A stretch of 64,000 nt of DNA from Octopus vulgaris (Eukaryota). The position numbers were made by a program, and so were the translations under genes. The notes under the pieces are model-generated. The model worked only from the letters and a program-made list of their open reading frames with translations. It was not told where the DNA came from and made no database searches. Position 1 is the first letter of the stretch. Each line of letters begins with the position of its first letter. Where the stretch lies: positions 7,626,001-7,690,000 of the forward strand of contig OX597832.1 in the NCBI GenBank assembly GCA_951406725.2. The letters run 5' to 3'. Positions 1-13,202 of the stretch are shown here, one piece after another.

Positions 1-45
1 CAGATTTTATGCCAAAATTTGAAACCGCTATCACGTCTTAATTTC

Positions 46-255
46 ACGGAGGCGAGCCAGCAAGATCATTAGCACACCGGACATATTGCTTCTTGGTATT
101 TCGTCTTTCTTTACGTTTTGAATTCAAATTTTACCGAGGTCAATGTTGTCTTTCATCTCTTTCGATGATAAGCACCAGTTGAGCGCTAGAGTCGATGTCA
201 TCGACATGTCCCCTCCCCCCAAATTTCAGGTCTTGTACCTATAGTAGAAGGCCTT
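46..255 (+). mobile_element. SINE family A copy, degenerate
   Basis: Matches the full-length copy at 60916-61151: ggcgagc head, ttcaaatt B-box-like segment, ctttcatc, gtcgatg, and a tail ending ...cctatagtagaagg. Confidence 0.75.
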
Positions 256-834
256 ATTATGACTTAGTTTTGTCTTCAATTCGACATAGTCGAACTAGGG
301 ACTCTGTATGTGGTATATTGGCCCTCTAAGCATATCTGTTTAATATCCCACAATTCATCCCCTCTGCTGTTTTAATAAAGAAGGACGCACTGGACATTTT
401 GTGCCAGATATATTATATTAAAAAAAAAAGGCAGGAAGGTTTTCATGCATCGAATATCTTTGAGTATAGGTCAGTCAAATCAATAGTAACATTGGCAGCA
501 GTATGAGAAACAATAACAATAACAAGAACACCAGTGAGCATACTCATAAAGTAGAAGTGTTCTCCTTATTTTGTATATGTCTAAGTCCCTTAGCTAGTGG
601 AGACAAGGTTCTACAATTGTCGTGCTGATGACGCCGATTCAAGTAGAAACAGATGTGTACGACTGTCCTTTTACCCGATATCTCTATCCATTTCCTTAAT
701 GGCATGTTAGCTTTGAGGAATGTTTGATTCTTGAGATTATCTCCCCTTCTCGTTTGGACCTGGTCAGAATTGCCATTTCCTAATTATGACCCCCGCTCAA
801 TTGTGATAAATCAGGAATTTATGTCGTATTGCAT

Positions 835-1635
835 TTAACATACCCAGCCTTGCCCGGGTTTGTTAATTCAAAACATAGTGACAAACTTCATTTGGTCGGG
901 GAATGTAGATTTATTCAGATGTGTTGTATTCAAACATCTAGGAAAACAATTCAAGTTGGCCGTCATAAAATGACACGGAAAAAGAAATATAGTATAAAAT
1001 AAACAAATATACAGCCTTTAATAAAACTATATTCATGTATTTTCTTTTCATTATCTCCGACTACATTTTTGTGGTAAAAATACTGGAACAATTTACATAA
1101 TTACTCTTTACGAATTATTTTTCAAATCAGTAACATTTTATCGTATGTTGCAGTACTTGGGGAAAATGCAATATTCCAATGCAATATTCCAGGACAGGGT
1201 TGACGTATTGTGTAATTGAAACACGCAAGGTGTTTCAATTATATTTTGAATGCTTTAATATAATTTACCTTTTCTTTTTAACGTGATGAGTTTAGTGGAA
1301 TTAAAGAAAAACTACTGAAAAATTTTCAGACAAGATCCTGGAAAAAGATGTACCCCTACGTAAAATTTCGACTACTTAGGTACAAAACTATGATCTAAAA
1401 CAGTGGTTTGGAAAATAGAGCAGCACTGGGAGCAGTGGAAAGATTCAGTAGTGGTGATGGGGTCATTCAAGAAAAGTCAGGGGATTTGCTGCAGAAAGTG
1501 CTCTATGTATGAAGTGATGGCGGAGGAGGCCGCTAGGAATGTGGACCGGGTGTTAAGGGGGCGACAACCCGAAAAAGTTCGAGAATTACAAATCTCAAAT
1601 TTGAAACATACATAAATGCATTCACTTTTATGGGT
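835..1635 (-). mobile_element. Degenerate non-autonomous Helitron-like element
   Basis: Minus strand has a GC hairpin acccgggcaaggctgggta (about 841-860), like the 3' hairpin at 57305-57320. The other end reads taaaagtgaatgc...tatgtatg, like the 5' end at 56941. The terminal CTAG is lost. Confidence 0.4.
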
Positions 1636-1744
1636 TATAACTACCAAATTTTTTAATCGAAATATTATGTTTTTGTGTAATTTAATTTTGAAAATAAAGA
1701 AGGATTTTAATAAAATACCTTTGTCATTATTAAGGTAGTGGTTT

Positions 1745-2535
1745 CGAGAATAGCGAGCTTGGCATTTCGTCCGTCTTTATGTTGTGACTTCTAATTCAGC
1801 CGGGGCCAACTTTGCATTTCATCCTTTCTGGGTCGATAAAAGAAATATCAGTTGACCAATGGAGTCGCTTACCCCCAAATTGCTGGACTTGTGCCAATAT
1901 GTGAAACTGATATTATGATAGTGATGAAGACAGCGAGCTGGCAGAATCGTTAGCACGCCGGGCGAAATGCTTAGCGGTGTTTCGTTTGCCGCTACGTTCT
2001 GAGTTCAAATTCCGCTGAGGTTGACATTGCCTTTTATCCTTTCGGGGTCGATAAATTGAGTATCATTGAAACGCTGGGGTCGATGTAATTGACTAGTCCC
2101 AACCCCGTAAATTTCAGGCCTTGTGCCTACAGCAGAAAGGATTATTATGATAGTGATTTCAAGGATGGCAAATTTGGGAGAATTGTTCGCATGCCAAACA
2201 AAATGCTTTTCGGTATTTCGTCCACCTTTACGTTGTGCTTTCGTATTCAGGCACGGTCAACTTTGCCTTTCAACACTGGAGTCGATGTAATCGACTAACC
2301 CCTTTGCCCCAAATTTCACACCTTCTACCTATAGCAGAAACGATTTTTATGGTGGTGATTTGGAGAATGGCAAGCAGGTCGAATCTGAATTAAAACATCA
2401 TGGGGGCAACTGTGCCTTCTACCAATTTTGGGGTCGTTGAAATAGAATACACGTCAAGTACTGAGGTCAATGGTATCGGCTACTAACTCCCTTCCTCTTC
2501 TTAACATTATTGGAATTGTCACTAAATTATAAGCC
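1745..2535 (+). mobile_element. Head-to-tail array of four SINE A copies
   Basis: Units start near 1750, 1930, 2160 and 2365. Each has ttcaaattc/ctttcatcctttcggggtcgat motifs, separated by similar ...attattatgatagtgat linkers. Confidence 0.75.
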
Positions 2536-3118
2536 ATTATTGCTACTGTCTGGAAGCATAAATTAACATGAAATTTCGATGTAAAGTTTTAATTTAGATA
2601 ATTTTATAAAAGGAAATTTGTATCAGAGGACCAAAAGAACTCTCAAGAGTATTTTACGTCAATATCGTCAATATCAATGCTATACCGTACTATAGAATTT
2701 ATAGATTTTATTTTCAGTCACCACTACATAGTAAATAGACAACAGCCAATATATAAATTATGAAGAAAGAAAAAATTCTGAATTTTACTGTTTATAGTCG
2801 CAGCTGCCATGATTAAGAAGCATGTTACTTGTACAAGATTTCTGTTCTGACTCAAGTGAAGATGTCTTCTAAAATTATTTATCTGAAAGCTAACAGCAAC
2901 TAATTGTATTTTTGCTCTGAATCTGTCTGTTGATCTCTCACCTAAGCAGGGTTGTTATTCAAGTTGAAGATTCTATGTTAAAATAGAATAACAGTCGTGT
3001 ATTTCATTTAGTTTAATCAGTTAAGTGAATGTAAACAAACAGAATTATACGAAAATTGTGTTCAGAGGACAGTATTAAACCAGGGTAAGGTAGCAGAGAA
3101 AAAACAACACGCAATTAT

Positions 3119-3889
3119 ATGTGTGTGTGTGCGTGCATATATATATATATGTTTTGTGTGTTTTGTACATGTATGTATGCATCTATGCATATGTGTGCTT
3201 GCTATGTGTGTATATATGCGTGGGTATTAATGGGTGTGTGTTTGAATATGTATTTGTGCATGTGTGTATATGCTGAAGAGTGTTTATGTATGCACGTGTA
3301 TGTCTGGGTGCTTTTGTATACGTGTATATCTTTGTCGTCTGTTTCTGTTTGAATGCGCGTGTATGTGTGTGCGTGTATATGTATGCTTGCGAATGGGTGT
3401 GAGTGTATAAGTATGTTTGTGAATGTGTGTGTGTGTTGATGTTGGGTTGTGTATATATGTGTGTGTCTGCGTGTTTATGCCTTGTACAAGATGTAGGCTG
3501 GGTGTAAGAAAATAGATTTGTAGAAAAAAAGAGTAATTGGGGATAATACCGACGTAGGTGAATAACAAACGTAACAACTCATAAATACGACGGTGTTTGT
3601 TTGTTTGTTTGTGTGTGTGTGTGTGTGTGTTTTCGAATGGAAGAACGTAGAATTAGAGAGTGTGGAATGAGGTAAAAGAATGAGACGAATACAACCGAAT
3701 GAGGGAGAGATTGAGAGAGAGAGAGGGAGAGAGAGATAGACGGACAGTAAGAAAGAAAGAAGGAAAAGGGAGAAGTAATGAGGGAGAGACACATAGAATG
3801 GTACATAAGTAATAAAAGAGCAATAGACGAAGAGAGACATATACATGTGTATGTATATATCTACATGCATACATAATACACACACACGC

Positions 3890-3934
<45 letters not shown>

Positions 3935-4247
3935 AGTAATCATACAGGCACACACACACACATATTATATAATATATATACATACAAACCCGGTATCAGG
4001 GAGAGAGAGAGAGAGAGAGAGAGAGAGTGAGAGAGAGAGAGTGACAGAGAAGATGCATATACAAAGAAATATATATATAGGGAAGAGAGGGGAGAGAGAG
4101 AAGGAGAGAGAAAGAGAGAGTGACAGCAGATGGGAAGGAAGCATAAGAATGGAGGAGATTGGTGAATAATGAGAGAGTTGGCAAGACGTAAAATAAATTA
4201 GTCAAAGAAGGTTGAGAACATTTGGAGAAATGCCAATGCCGTTGATG

Positions 4248-4337
<90 letters not shown>

Positions 4338-4350
4338 AGAGAGGAGAGAG
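3119..4350. repeat. Compound (TG)n/(TA)n/(GA)n microsatellite and low-complexity tract
   Basis: Directly visible; long pure (GA)n at about 4252-4332. Confidence 0.95.
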
Positions 4351-4504
4351 AGGAGAATTTATAAAAGAAAGGAAAATGTCGGATAGAGTTGTGTAAGCGA
4401 AGAAGATGGCAGTAGTGTCGGTGATAGATGCGGTGGTGAAAATGCGTGAGAAATAAAAAAGAAAAAAAGTGGATCGGGTTTGTGAGCTAAACAGGGAGAC
4501 ATAG

Positions 4505-4536
<32 letters not shown>

Positions 4537-4999
4537 CAGAGAAAGAGGAAGGACATTGAGTATTAGCGAGAATGTGAGAATACCATAAAGAAAATGTACA
4601 AAAGAAATTAAGAAACATATACATGAGGTAATCTGTTGGTTTGTCGACATTTATTGATTAGAGACAGCTTAATACCTGAGTTTAAATGGACTTGTGATCT
4701 GACAAGAAACGTGATAATTCAATTGTATAGGACCATCTGAAATATTCTTGGTAAGAAAAGCAATTGTTGTTCTGTTTCTTTATGAACGACCGAAAAGAAT
4801 AGTTTTAGAGAAACCACACAGAGAAATAGGATATTTCATTCAATGAATTAAACAAGAATGAGCGAAGGAAAATATTTTGGGATACCAGCTGCAAGAAAAC
4901 TTAAAAAGTAAAGTGGATGCTAGCATATTTGAGGAAGTAATAAAATGAATTTGAATTTTAATGATTTGAAATAATACTTTTTAATAATAGAATTATGAA

Positions 5000-5210
5000 A
5001 GGTGGCGAGTTGGTAGAATCGGCAGCATTCCGTCTGTCTGGAGAGCATTCTGTCTATCTTCGTGTTCTGAGTTCTAATTTCGCTGAGGTCAACTTTGCTT
5101 TTCATCCTTTCGGGGTCGAAAAAATAAGTACCAGTTGAGCAGTGGGGTCGATCCTTCAAGTTAGCCTCTCTCTCTCCAAGTTGCTGGCTTTGTGCCAAAA
5201 TTTGAAATCA
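5000..5210 (+). mobile_element. SINE family A copy
   Basis: ggtggcgagttggtagaatcg...ttctgagttctaatttcgctgaggtcaactttgcttttcatcctttcggggtcga. Confidence 0.8.
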
Positions 5211-5229
5211 ATTATTGAATTATGAAAGC

Positions 5230-5460
5230 GAGTGGCTTAGTATGTGGTTTCAGTTCCCGGACTGAGATGTCCATTGTGCTCTTTAGCGAAACATTTCATT
5301 TCGCGTTGCTCCATCCCATTCAGCTTCAATGAGTTCCAGGAACAGCTGGAAGGTTAACTCTGCGGCGGACAGGCGTTCCGTTTAGGGGTGGGGGAATGTT
5401 GTAATAGCAGTTACTTATTTGACAGAGAAACCGGGTTAAGCTCCGGTTATGTGAGTCCTA
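5230..5460 (+). mobile_element. Old degenerate SINE with a tgcggcggacaggcgttccgtttagggg / gaaaccggg tail module
   Basis: The tail resembles that of the SINE at 46522-46815 (tgcaacggaccggcgtcccgtccagg...gaaaccggg). Confidence 0.45.
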
Positions 5461-7089
5461 AGGCACTTGTCAACGAGGATTAAAAGGACTAGTCATTTCT
5501 AAAAAGATTAAATTATGGTTAGGAAAGCCGTAGGAGAAAACTGAGAAATTTTAACTTAAACTAACGATGGGATATAATAGGGACGAATGACGTTCGGTAT
5601 TTTCTCACAATTACTCCTTCAAGTAATTACATGATTGTATTGATCTATAACAGCTCTAAATACTTCCGACGTCATTTTAAGATCTGCAGTGACTATTAAG
5701 TTATGATTTGCTTAAGAGATGTAATAGAACCCAAACTATTCCGGAGTTAACAAATGACATATGCTCAGAGAACCGCGTGATCCAAAATGGTGACGATAGC
5801 AGATATCACGATATCACACAGAACAGCGAAGAAACTATTCGCTGAAATTATAAACAAGATCGTCGGCTCTTTTACATTTAATGGTCCGAGTGTGCTTCTG
5901 GCTGACGGGCCACGACGATGTCGAAACATCGCATGCTCCAGAATCCCTTGCACTAATGAATCAATTGTGTTATTAACAGATATTCCTCGCAAAAGAGAAC
6001 CTGTTCCTTGACGAACACAACAGCGATTATCATGTTCACGTTCGAATCCACCGGAATTTCTTAAGAATGAATCAGCAAGTCATTGTAATTCTGGTTGTAT
6101 TGCTAAAACAGAACATTCTTCCACTGCATTCCATATCTAATTACCCCTTAGTTTTTTCCTGATCAGAATTACTAATTGAAATAAATAGTTGTTCTACTCA
6201 ATAACTTTGGTGTAATAAATCAAACATGCGTACTTCTATTTTACTATCAATTTATTAAAAACGGTACAGTTTTTCGTTTCGTATTTTATATCTAATATTA
6301 TTTATAAGGTTAAGTCTTGAAACCAAAGAAACTATGGGGAGGGGGATGACTTGCGTCGGCAAAATTTAATCCATAATGAAAGTCAAAATCAGACATTGAC
6401 ATCATAGGCATACATAATAATATTAAGTCTATTACGTAGACAAATCTATAATTGATTAATAATTCAGATCATTAATTTCGTTAGCCTACGCTTAACTACA
6501 CAGTCTCCACGAAGACGACCTTTGGAAATTTTCCAATGTCGTTATTCTAAATTATCTCATCAGTAAATTATTTTTATACTAATACTCTGCTATAGAGTCA
6601 TTTGGTAGTTAGGATTTTACTGTGCTTGACTAAAGATGTTTAATGAAGGCAAAACAAATCAGAACTTGTGATCGTATATTAAATCAAATACGAGACTCAT
6701 TCCCAACCTGTTTATTACTATTTTCGTTACTTAAGCGCCGGAGTTCTCTAACTTAGCTTAAGCGGAGCATAAGCTGTTTCCGACTTTCCTCTTGGATCCC
6801 CGTGTTTCCCTTGCATCTTCCTTTCGGATTATGCTGCACCGCGTCATATGTTTCTCTGCGAGTAGGCCTTCCTTTTCCAGTACTTGCTGGTTTTGAATTG
6901 TTATCTAGGCTCTGTGATTTTGTTTATATATAGGTAGGGATGTTGACTTTATGCAAAACAATTTTTATCTCTGAGAAGGGGTGATTCATATTATCCTAGT
7001 CTTTATCCTTTGACTTGTTCAGCATGGAAGGCCCAACAAGGAGCATGCACCCCGCTGGTTTTCTGGGAGACAAGCCATCACATCGCTGT

Positions 7090-7865
7090 GGACTTATGTT
7101 GACTTTACTGCTACATCCGCAAGGAAGCGGCTCAGTGGATGACATGCTGAACCTCTACACCTCACTGTGGGTCTTAATAGACTACCATCCTTGTGAATCT
7201 TAGGGAGACCCTACATGTGTGGTAGTTTACTGTGGTGTTGAGTCAGTTGTCTGTACTTCATTGGTGTAAAGTGATCTTTGTTCTTGATCAAGATTTGTGA
7301 TAACTTCCTCTCTGTTTTCAGAGTTAGGTCTTTCTTTTCTTTGCTGTAGCTACCATCACTTATAAGACTTGACCAATTTTTCACAGTAGTTGTACATCAC
7401 CACTGTAGCATTTCCTTTGTCCGCTGGCAGTATTATGATGGAATTGTCTCTTTTGATAGCTAACTTTTCTTCCTTGGTGATGTTTGGTTTAGGAAGTTTT
7501 GCTTTTTCTAGTACCTGCCTCACTTTCCTCCTTAGTTCATCTCTCAGAGCTTTTGGTATGATTATGGCTATCTCTTCAATTGAATGCGCTTGATGGTTGT
7601 CGCAAAGTTGAGACCTTTGTTCAGTATTGCTTCTTCAGAGTTTTCTAGATGTCGGCTACTTACATTAATTACTGATTCCACAGGTGGGTGACGGATTTCA
7701 GTCTTCATTCTCTGACCTTTGAGTTTCATAAACTTCTTAATCTGGCGTGTCTTCACTATTTAAATTTCTTTCATGTACGACTTTTCCAGATCTCGTTAGA
7801 TTCTCTTTCTATCATCATCTCTGGTTATTTTCCTAAGTAATGCAGATAACCTCTATTTGATTTCG
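7090..7865 (-). mobile_element. Penelope-like element ORF fragment (RT N-terminal region), decayed
   Basis: Minus-strand translation gives VINVSSRHL..EEAILNKGLNFA, PKPNITKEEKLAIK, IIILPADKGNATVVM and (Y>*)GLPKIHKDGSLLRPTV, all typical PLE RT motifs. Confidence 0.9.
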
Positions 7866-8003
7866 TTGAAGGCTGGAGGGTATATCAGTCGAAACGTTGT
7901 GTTAACAACAAACAAGATGAGGACAAATGTCCGTCAAATGTAAATAATGAAAATAATATAAATAATCTACATAATTCCTCATCTCTTAAATATAGAACTG
8001 AGT
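7866..8003 (+). mobile_element. Inverted PLE pseudo-LTR piece with 5'-truncated hammerhead remnant
   Basis: tgaa-ggctg-gagggtatat-cagtc-gaaacgtt (helix II plus GAAA) directly abuts the PLE ORF in opposite orientation. Confidence 0.6.
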
Positions 8004-8409
8004 TATTAGAACTATTACACCACTGAATATTGTGGCATAAACACAGATACACATAAACGCACCGCGCACATTCACCGTATACACGTACACGCACCGCACC
8101 CAATCTTGGAAATATCTGTTAATTCCTCTCTAGGTTTTCTTTTAACCGTTCGTAGATAGCGGAGGTTTAATGGTAACAAAAGAAATGTTTTGAAGTCACA
8201 ATACGGAAGAAGAGGTTATAGGTGTGAGGTTTCAATTGGTTCAATAGAATTATTCTGGATATTAACGAATCTGTTAGAAATCAGTTAAAATACTGAGACT
8301 GTCGTATGATAGCATATAAACGATGCTGCTAATTCGATGTCAAAAATCTCCAGATGTTTTCCTGCTGAATATGGCTGGGAAGGAGTTTAACTCAATACTA
8401 TTGCTCTTC

Positions 8410-8605
8410 ATGTGATGAACTGTAACTAATGCGATCAGCGACAACTCCTTGAGCTCTACCTACCTTGATGAGCTTTAATTACGTTGCCTAGCTCAAATTA
8501 ACATGTTGAGCTTTATTTACCTCAATGAACTCTATCTAATCCACTTGATGAGCCTAGATTCATCATTTTATGAATCCTAATTACTTTATTGATCCCTACT
8601 TCTGT
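8410..8605. repeat. Degenerate ~19-bp minisatellite (approx. ttgatgagctytaattacc)
   Basis: Recurrent tgatgagc/ttgagctc/aatgaactc motifs spaced about 19-22 bp apart. Confidence 0.55.
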
Positions 8606-10059
8606 CAAACTGGGTGGGTTCTACATAAATCTGTGACTATTTATGATTCAAATCAACAAGATTTTAAATCCGTAAGAAAGAATGGTCCAATTAACCCTTT
8701 TGATAATAAGCTGCGTTACACTGTAATCTCTGGTGCCTTCAACCGTTAGAAATATCAGTCAAGTCTCCCTAAAATTAGATTCTACTAACATCAGTAAGGA
8801 AAAGACCCATTAAAATATGTAGTGTTAGATACATCCCTAAAATGACGGAATGCGGTTAATCATTAATGACTAGAACACAATTAATCATTAGTCTGCTTTA
8901 TGAAACATGTATTTTCATCTAAATGAATCTATCTATTGATTGAGTTTATTTCTGGATCCAAGAAGACTGGTGAGCCTCATAGTCTGCAACTATTAATCTA
9001 AAGCAAGATTATAAGAAAGTAAACAGTCAAATGATTGCCGCGAAATTGGATCGCCTAATGTTGCCGTTTTAAACAAAGAGCAGCGTACTCTACTCTCTGC
9101 CGAAGGGCATGACACCGAAACGTCAAGATTTGCATTCGTCACGGCTATCGAACTTATTAATGTTCTGAAAACTGTTCTTTAGACATTGATAGTTATGCAT
9201 TATCATCAGAGACGTAGTGCAGAGCTTGATTTAGTGGTTAGGATGAAAAAAATCTAATGAAATGTGATATCAACCATGTTGCGTTTGTTTCCGTGTAACA
9301 CGAGTGATAGAATCTATTGTACTGCTGTTGTACAGTGTATTGTAGTTGTGTAATGTTTTGGCGTGTGATAAAGACTATACTAAATTATAAAATATAATAT
9401 AAGCTTTCGATAACACAACCGGGAGAGTTAAAAAAAAACGAAACTAATTATATTGTTTACATCAACATTTTAACACAGATTTGACATCTTGTGATATTAG
9501 TTTTCGTTTTATTTCACGTTTCAATTACCGTTTTTCTCCACTTTTAGCAATAATATTACATTTTTGTAAATCAGATGTTTTCACGACTGTAAAACGTGTG
9601 TGTGGGGGGAGGGGGGAAGCAAAGAAGAAAGTAAAAGATAGAATCAAATCACTTACTTCAAAGAAATTTGCGCAAATAATAGATATTGCCATTCTGTAAA
9701 AGTGTTAGGCGTCAATGATCTCTCAAAGTAAACTATCTACAAGCTACTAAACGTCGTTATAACATTGTTGATATTATTGTCTTCCATTGTATGAGAGAGG
9801 AAGTTAGAGAGAGAGAGATATAGAGAGAGATAGAGAGAGAGCGAGAGAGAAAGAGAGAGGTGATGGAAAGAGAGAAAGAGTGTAAGAACAAGAGAAAAAG
9901 AGAAAGAGGTAGAACGAGAGTACTATAAATTTTAAACTAATTCATTTGTCTGACACAAAGCAAAATTTACACTGTCTGAAGACGGTGTAAATTTATTTTC
10001 TGATCCCATTTAGTTCATCCCAAGGCTATGAAAAAGCAATGAAGTATACACACACACAC

Positions 10060-10097
<38 letters not shown>

Positions 10098-10416
10098 ACA
10101 CACAATGATACAGAAACTCTGACACATATATACATAGAGATGTATACACACACACGCACGCACACTCTCTCACACATACACATACACACTAGTTTGATAA
10201 GTGACAACGTACGAAACTCTCAGCCCTTGAGTCACTCATTTGCTTCTGCTAAATATCAGTAAAAATATACATACGTTCATATTTGGAGTTCTTCTCCTTT
10301 TTGCATGAATATACCTATACGTACGTATCTTTGTGTCTATGTGTGTAAGTAATATAATATAATATGATATGATATGATATGATATGATATGATATGATAT
10401 AATATAATATAATATA

Positions 10417-10444
<28 letters not shown>

Positions 10445-10453
<9 letters not shown>

Positions 10454-10670
10454 CTTAGGCTGTATCAAGAATATTGAAGAAAGAGCAATCCGGAGTGATT
10501 AATATAAAATCACTCGCACATACGCACAACCTGAGGGCGAGTGGCACGTTGTCGTTTCTACCTACCTTTTCTACTGTTACTTAAATTTTCTTTGCTCCTT
10601 ACAGCTTGCTGGGATCATGGTATCCCCACTTAGACATTCCAGCTCAACTTGTCTTTTCTCCTTTCGTTAT
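10445..10670 (+). mobile_element. Highly decayed LINE RT C-terminal remnant (CR1/L2-group-like)
   Basis: A frameshifted reading resembles I..RAIR.I...SL...QP....V..LFY.Y...LCS.QL. Confidence 0.3.
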
Positions 10671-10798
10671 CTTTGTTTTGTGCAGGAGATTAGGCTCCGT
10701 TCAACTCCCAGTCCTTCATCCCCTCCTTGCTTGTGACTTCCCCAGTTATTGGCTTTAACGGTGCGAATATCATTAACGTTACTGTAAGTACGTCCATC

Positions 10799-10860
<62 letters not shown>

Positions 10861-11006
10861 TAAAAGCAATTAAGATTCTAGTGAGTTCCAATGAATTCAC
10901 ATGAATGCGGTACTTAACTTAGATGCACCAGAAATTTATATGGTATTAACCATAAAATAATGTGGGGTGATTATAAACAAGAAAAAAGCAACAAGAATGG
11001 ATTAGT

Positions 11007-11098
11007 TTTTCAGTACAATTGTTTCATACGAAGAGCAGCTTTATTAAAAGCTGCAAATATTGCAGCAAATACAAGTGTCCCGTTCTCATCAGCCAAAA
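11007..11098 (-). ncRNA. Type I hammerhead ribozyme motif with extended helix II
   Basis: Minus strand: UUUUGG-CUGAUGA-(about 60 nt containing ACGGGA/UCUUCGU and GCUGCAA/UUGCAGC pairings)-GAAA-C-AAUU-G-UA-CUGAAA. Helix III has a palindromic loop. Confidence 0.6.
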
Positions 11099-12476
11099 TA
11101 CATATGAGTTCTCCAAACATCCTAGGGGGTGAGGCTACATTCATGAAGTATCGAAGAGAGTTCTATAAAAAGCAAATTTAGATTGTAAGCAGACTTCCAA
11201 AGTTCTCTAATGATGCACAGTTTTATAAAAGGTTTTAAAAAAGCTTGTTAGCTTCACAGAAAAGGTAAATCCATTCATGATAATGTAGGTGTAATTTCCG
11301 GAGATATGAGGAGATATTTCATACTCAGAGACGATGAATTTATCCATTATTTATCCATAATAAAGTGGGTATAATTTCCTGATATATGAAAAGATACTGA
11401 TCACACTTCTGTTCATTTCACAAAACTACTATGTTAGAATTATAATGGCTAAAGGAATTTAGTGGTGCAGAAAAAACCGCCCACACAGGGCATTATGGGA
11501 TAACTGGGAGGAAAGGGTTGTAAGTACTCACCTACACAGAATAGTCTATTTCTGTGGAGAGAGAAAGTCTGGCTTAGATTTGCAGGAATCTGAGATTTAT
11601 AAAAGAGAACATTACTTTTGACCAGTTACAGCTGTTAATTGCCAATCCTACAGAGCTAAAGCAGATATAAGAATATAAAGAGAACAAGGGAAAGTAATAA
11701 AGGGGTCAAAGGCTATCAATAGAGGAAAATACATTAAGAGAGTTAAGTGCAATACTAGAAAGGAGGTCATTTAATTAATTTATTTATTATTGTTACTATT
11801 TATACAATGACAGACTTAGGTCTATACCTAGAGGTCAATTAGAAGGTGTGAGAGTATTGCTTATTAAAAGAAATAGTGAAAATCATAGTGAAAATTCCTT
11901 ATACTATTTTTAAGGGAGTAGCATTACTTATTTAAATTTATAATAGAATTATGAAGTATTAGTAACTTATTTGATTTAAGTTGGGTTACTTAAATTAGAT
12001 TAAAATTAGATTAAATTAAACTAACTATATAGTCAATTAAAATTTTTGGCAACGTACAAATACTATTTATTTCTTTATGTTCCAAATCAGGTACATTTAG
12101 AAAGAAATAACCACAGTGTAAGAGCTCGCAGCTATCTAGTTAAAATATATTAGAGTTTTGCTTTATTAGTAAAAGCAAGATAGACCTAGCTACATACGAT
12201 TATTCCATACAATTTTTATTTAAAATATTTTAGAGTCTTAATTTTCGCGTGAATACAAGAGTGAGCCAATTCTATACGGTTATTTAACAAATTCCTATTT
12301 TTTCTATGCCTTAGAATTTCATACGTCTCCATGGAGCAGAGTTGGCAACCAACCCTGTTATTTCTATATACACATATACATATATACATATATATGTATA
12401 TATGCACACACATATATACATATATACATATATATACATATATATACATATATATATATACTTATATATATATGTA

Positions 12477-12508
<32 letters not shown>

Positions 12509-12556
12509 CATATGTATATATATATACACACATATATACATATTTATACATATATG

Positions 12557-12613
<57 letters not shown>

Positions 12614-13202
12614 GTGTATGTATTGCTATATAAATATACAGACACACAGAGACAGAGACAGAGACAGAGACAGAGACAGACAGACATCCGCACACACATA
12701 CACACACATATGCTCACATATGTACGTGTCTATTGTCAATGAGTAGATTTACGCACCGCAGTTAATACTCGTATATTTGAATCCTTTTTAGATGTGACTG
12801 ATGATGTTACGGAGGTTATCGTTAATCCACAAAGAAAAGGGAAAAGTTTCATAAGAGTAGCAAATATGAGAAGTAATAATTGTTGATAGAAATCATCAAT
12901 AACTCCTGAATACTTCCAAGAATTTAATTAGTCCTTCCTTCACTAAATGTCGCCACTTCCATAAGCACCAGATAAATTAGTGGAAACTACACTTCCCCCC
13001 AGATTAAAATATTTTAGTATTTATCATGTTGTTTAACAATATTCACTCGATATTTCTCAACAGTTATTTCTCACACATTTTCACTACCTAAGTTATTTTA
13101 TTTTTCCTTAACTAGAATAGCCTTTGTATTATGCAGAGTTTTTAACAGATTTGATTTCTAACGGTCAAGTACTTTCGCCTTTCATGATCATTTATATCAT
13201 AT

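Noticed and set aside
620-660. ctgatga...gaaac as a hammerhead (similar case at 9165-9212 minus)
   Set aside because: No convincing helix II pairing.
1745-2535. CRISPR-like repeat array
   Set aside because: The units are ~210-bp diverged SINEs in eukaryotic DNA, with no repeat-spacer structure or cas genes.
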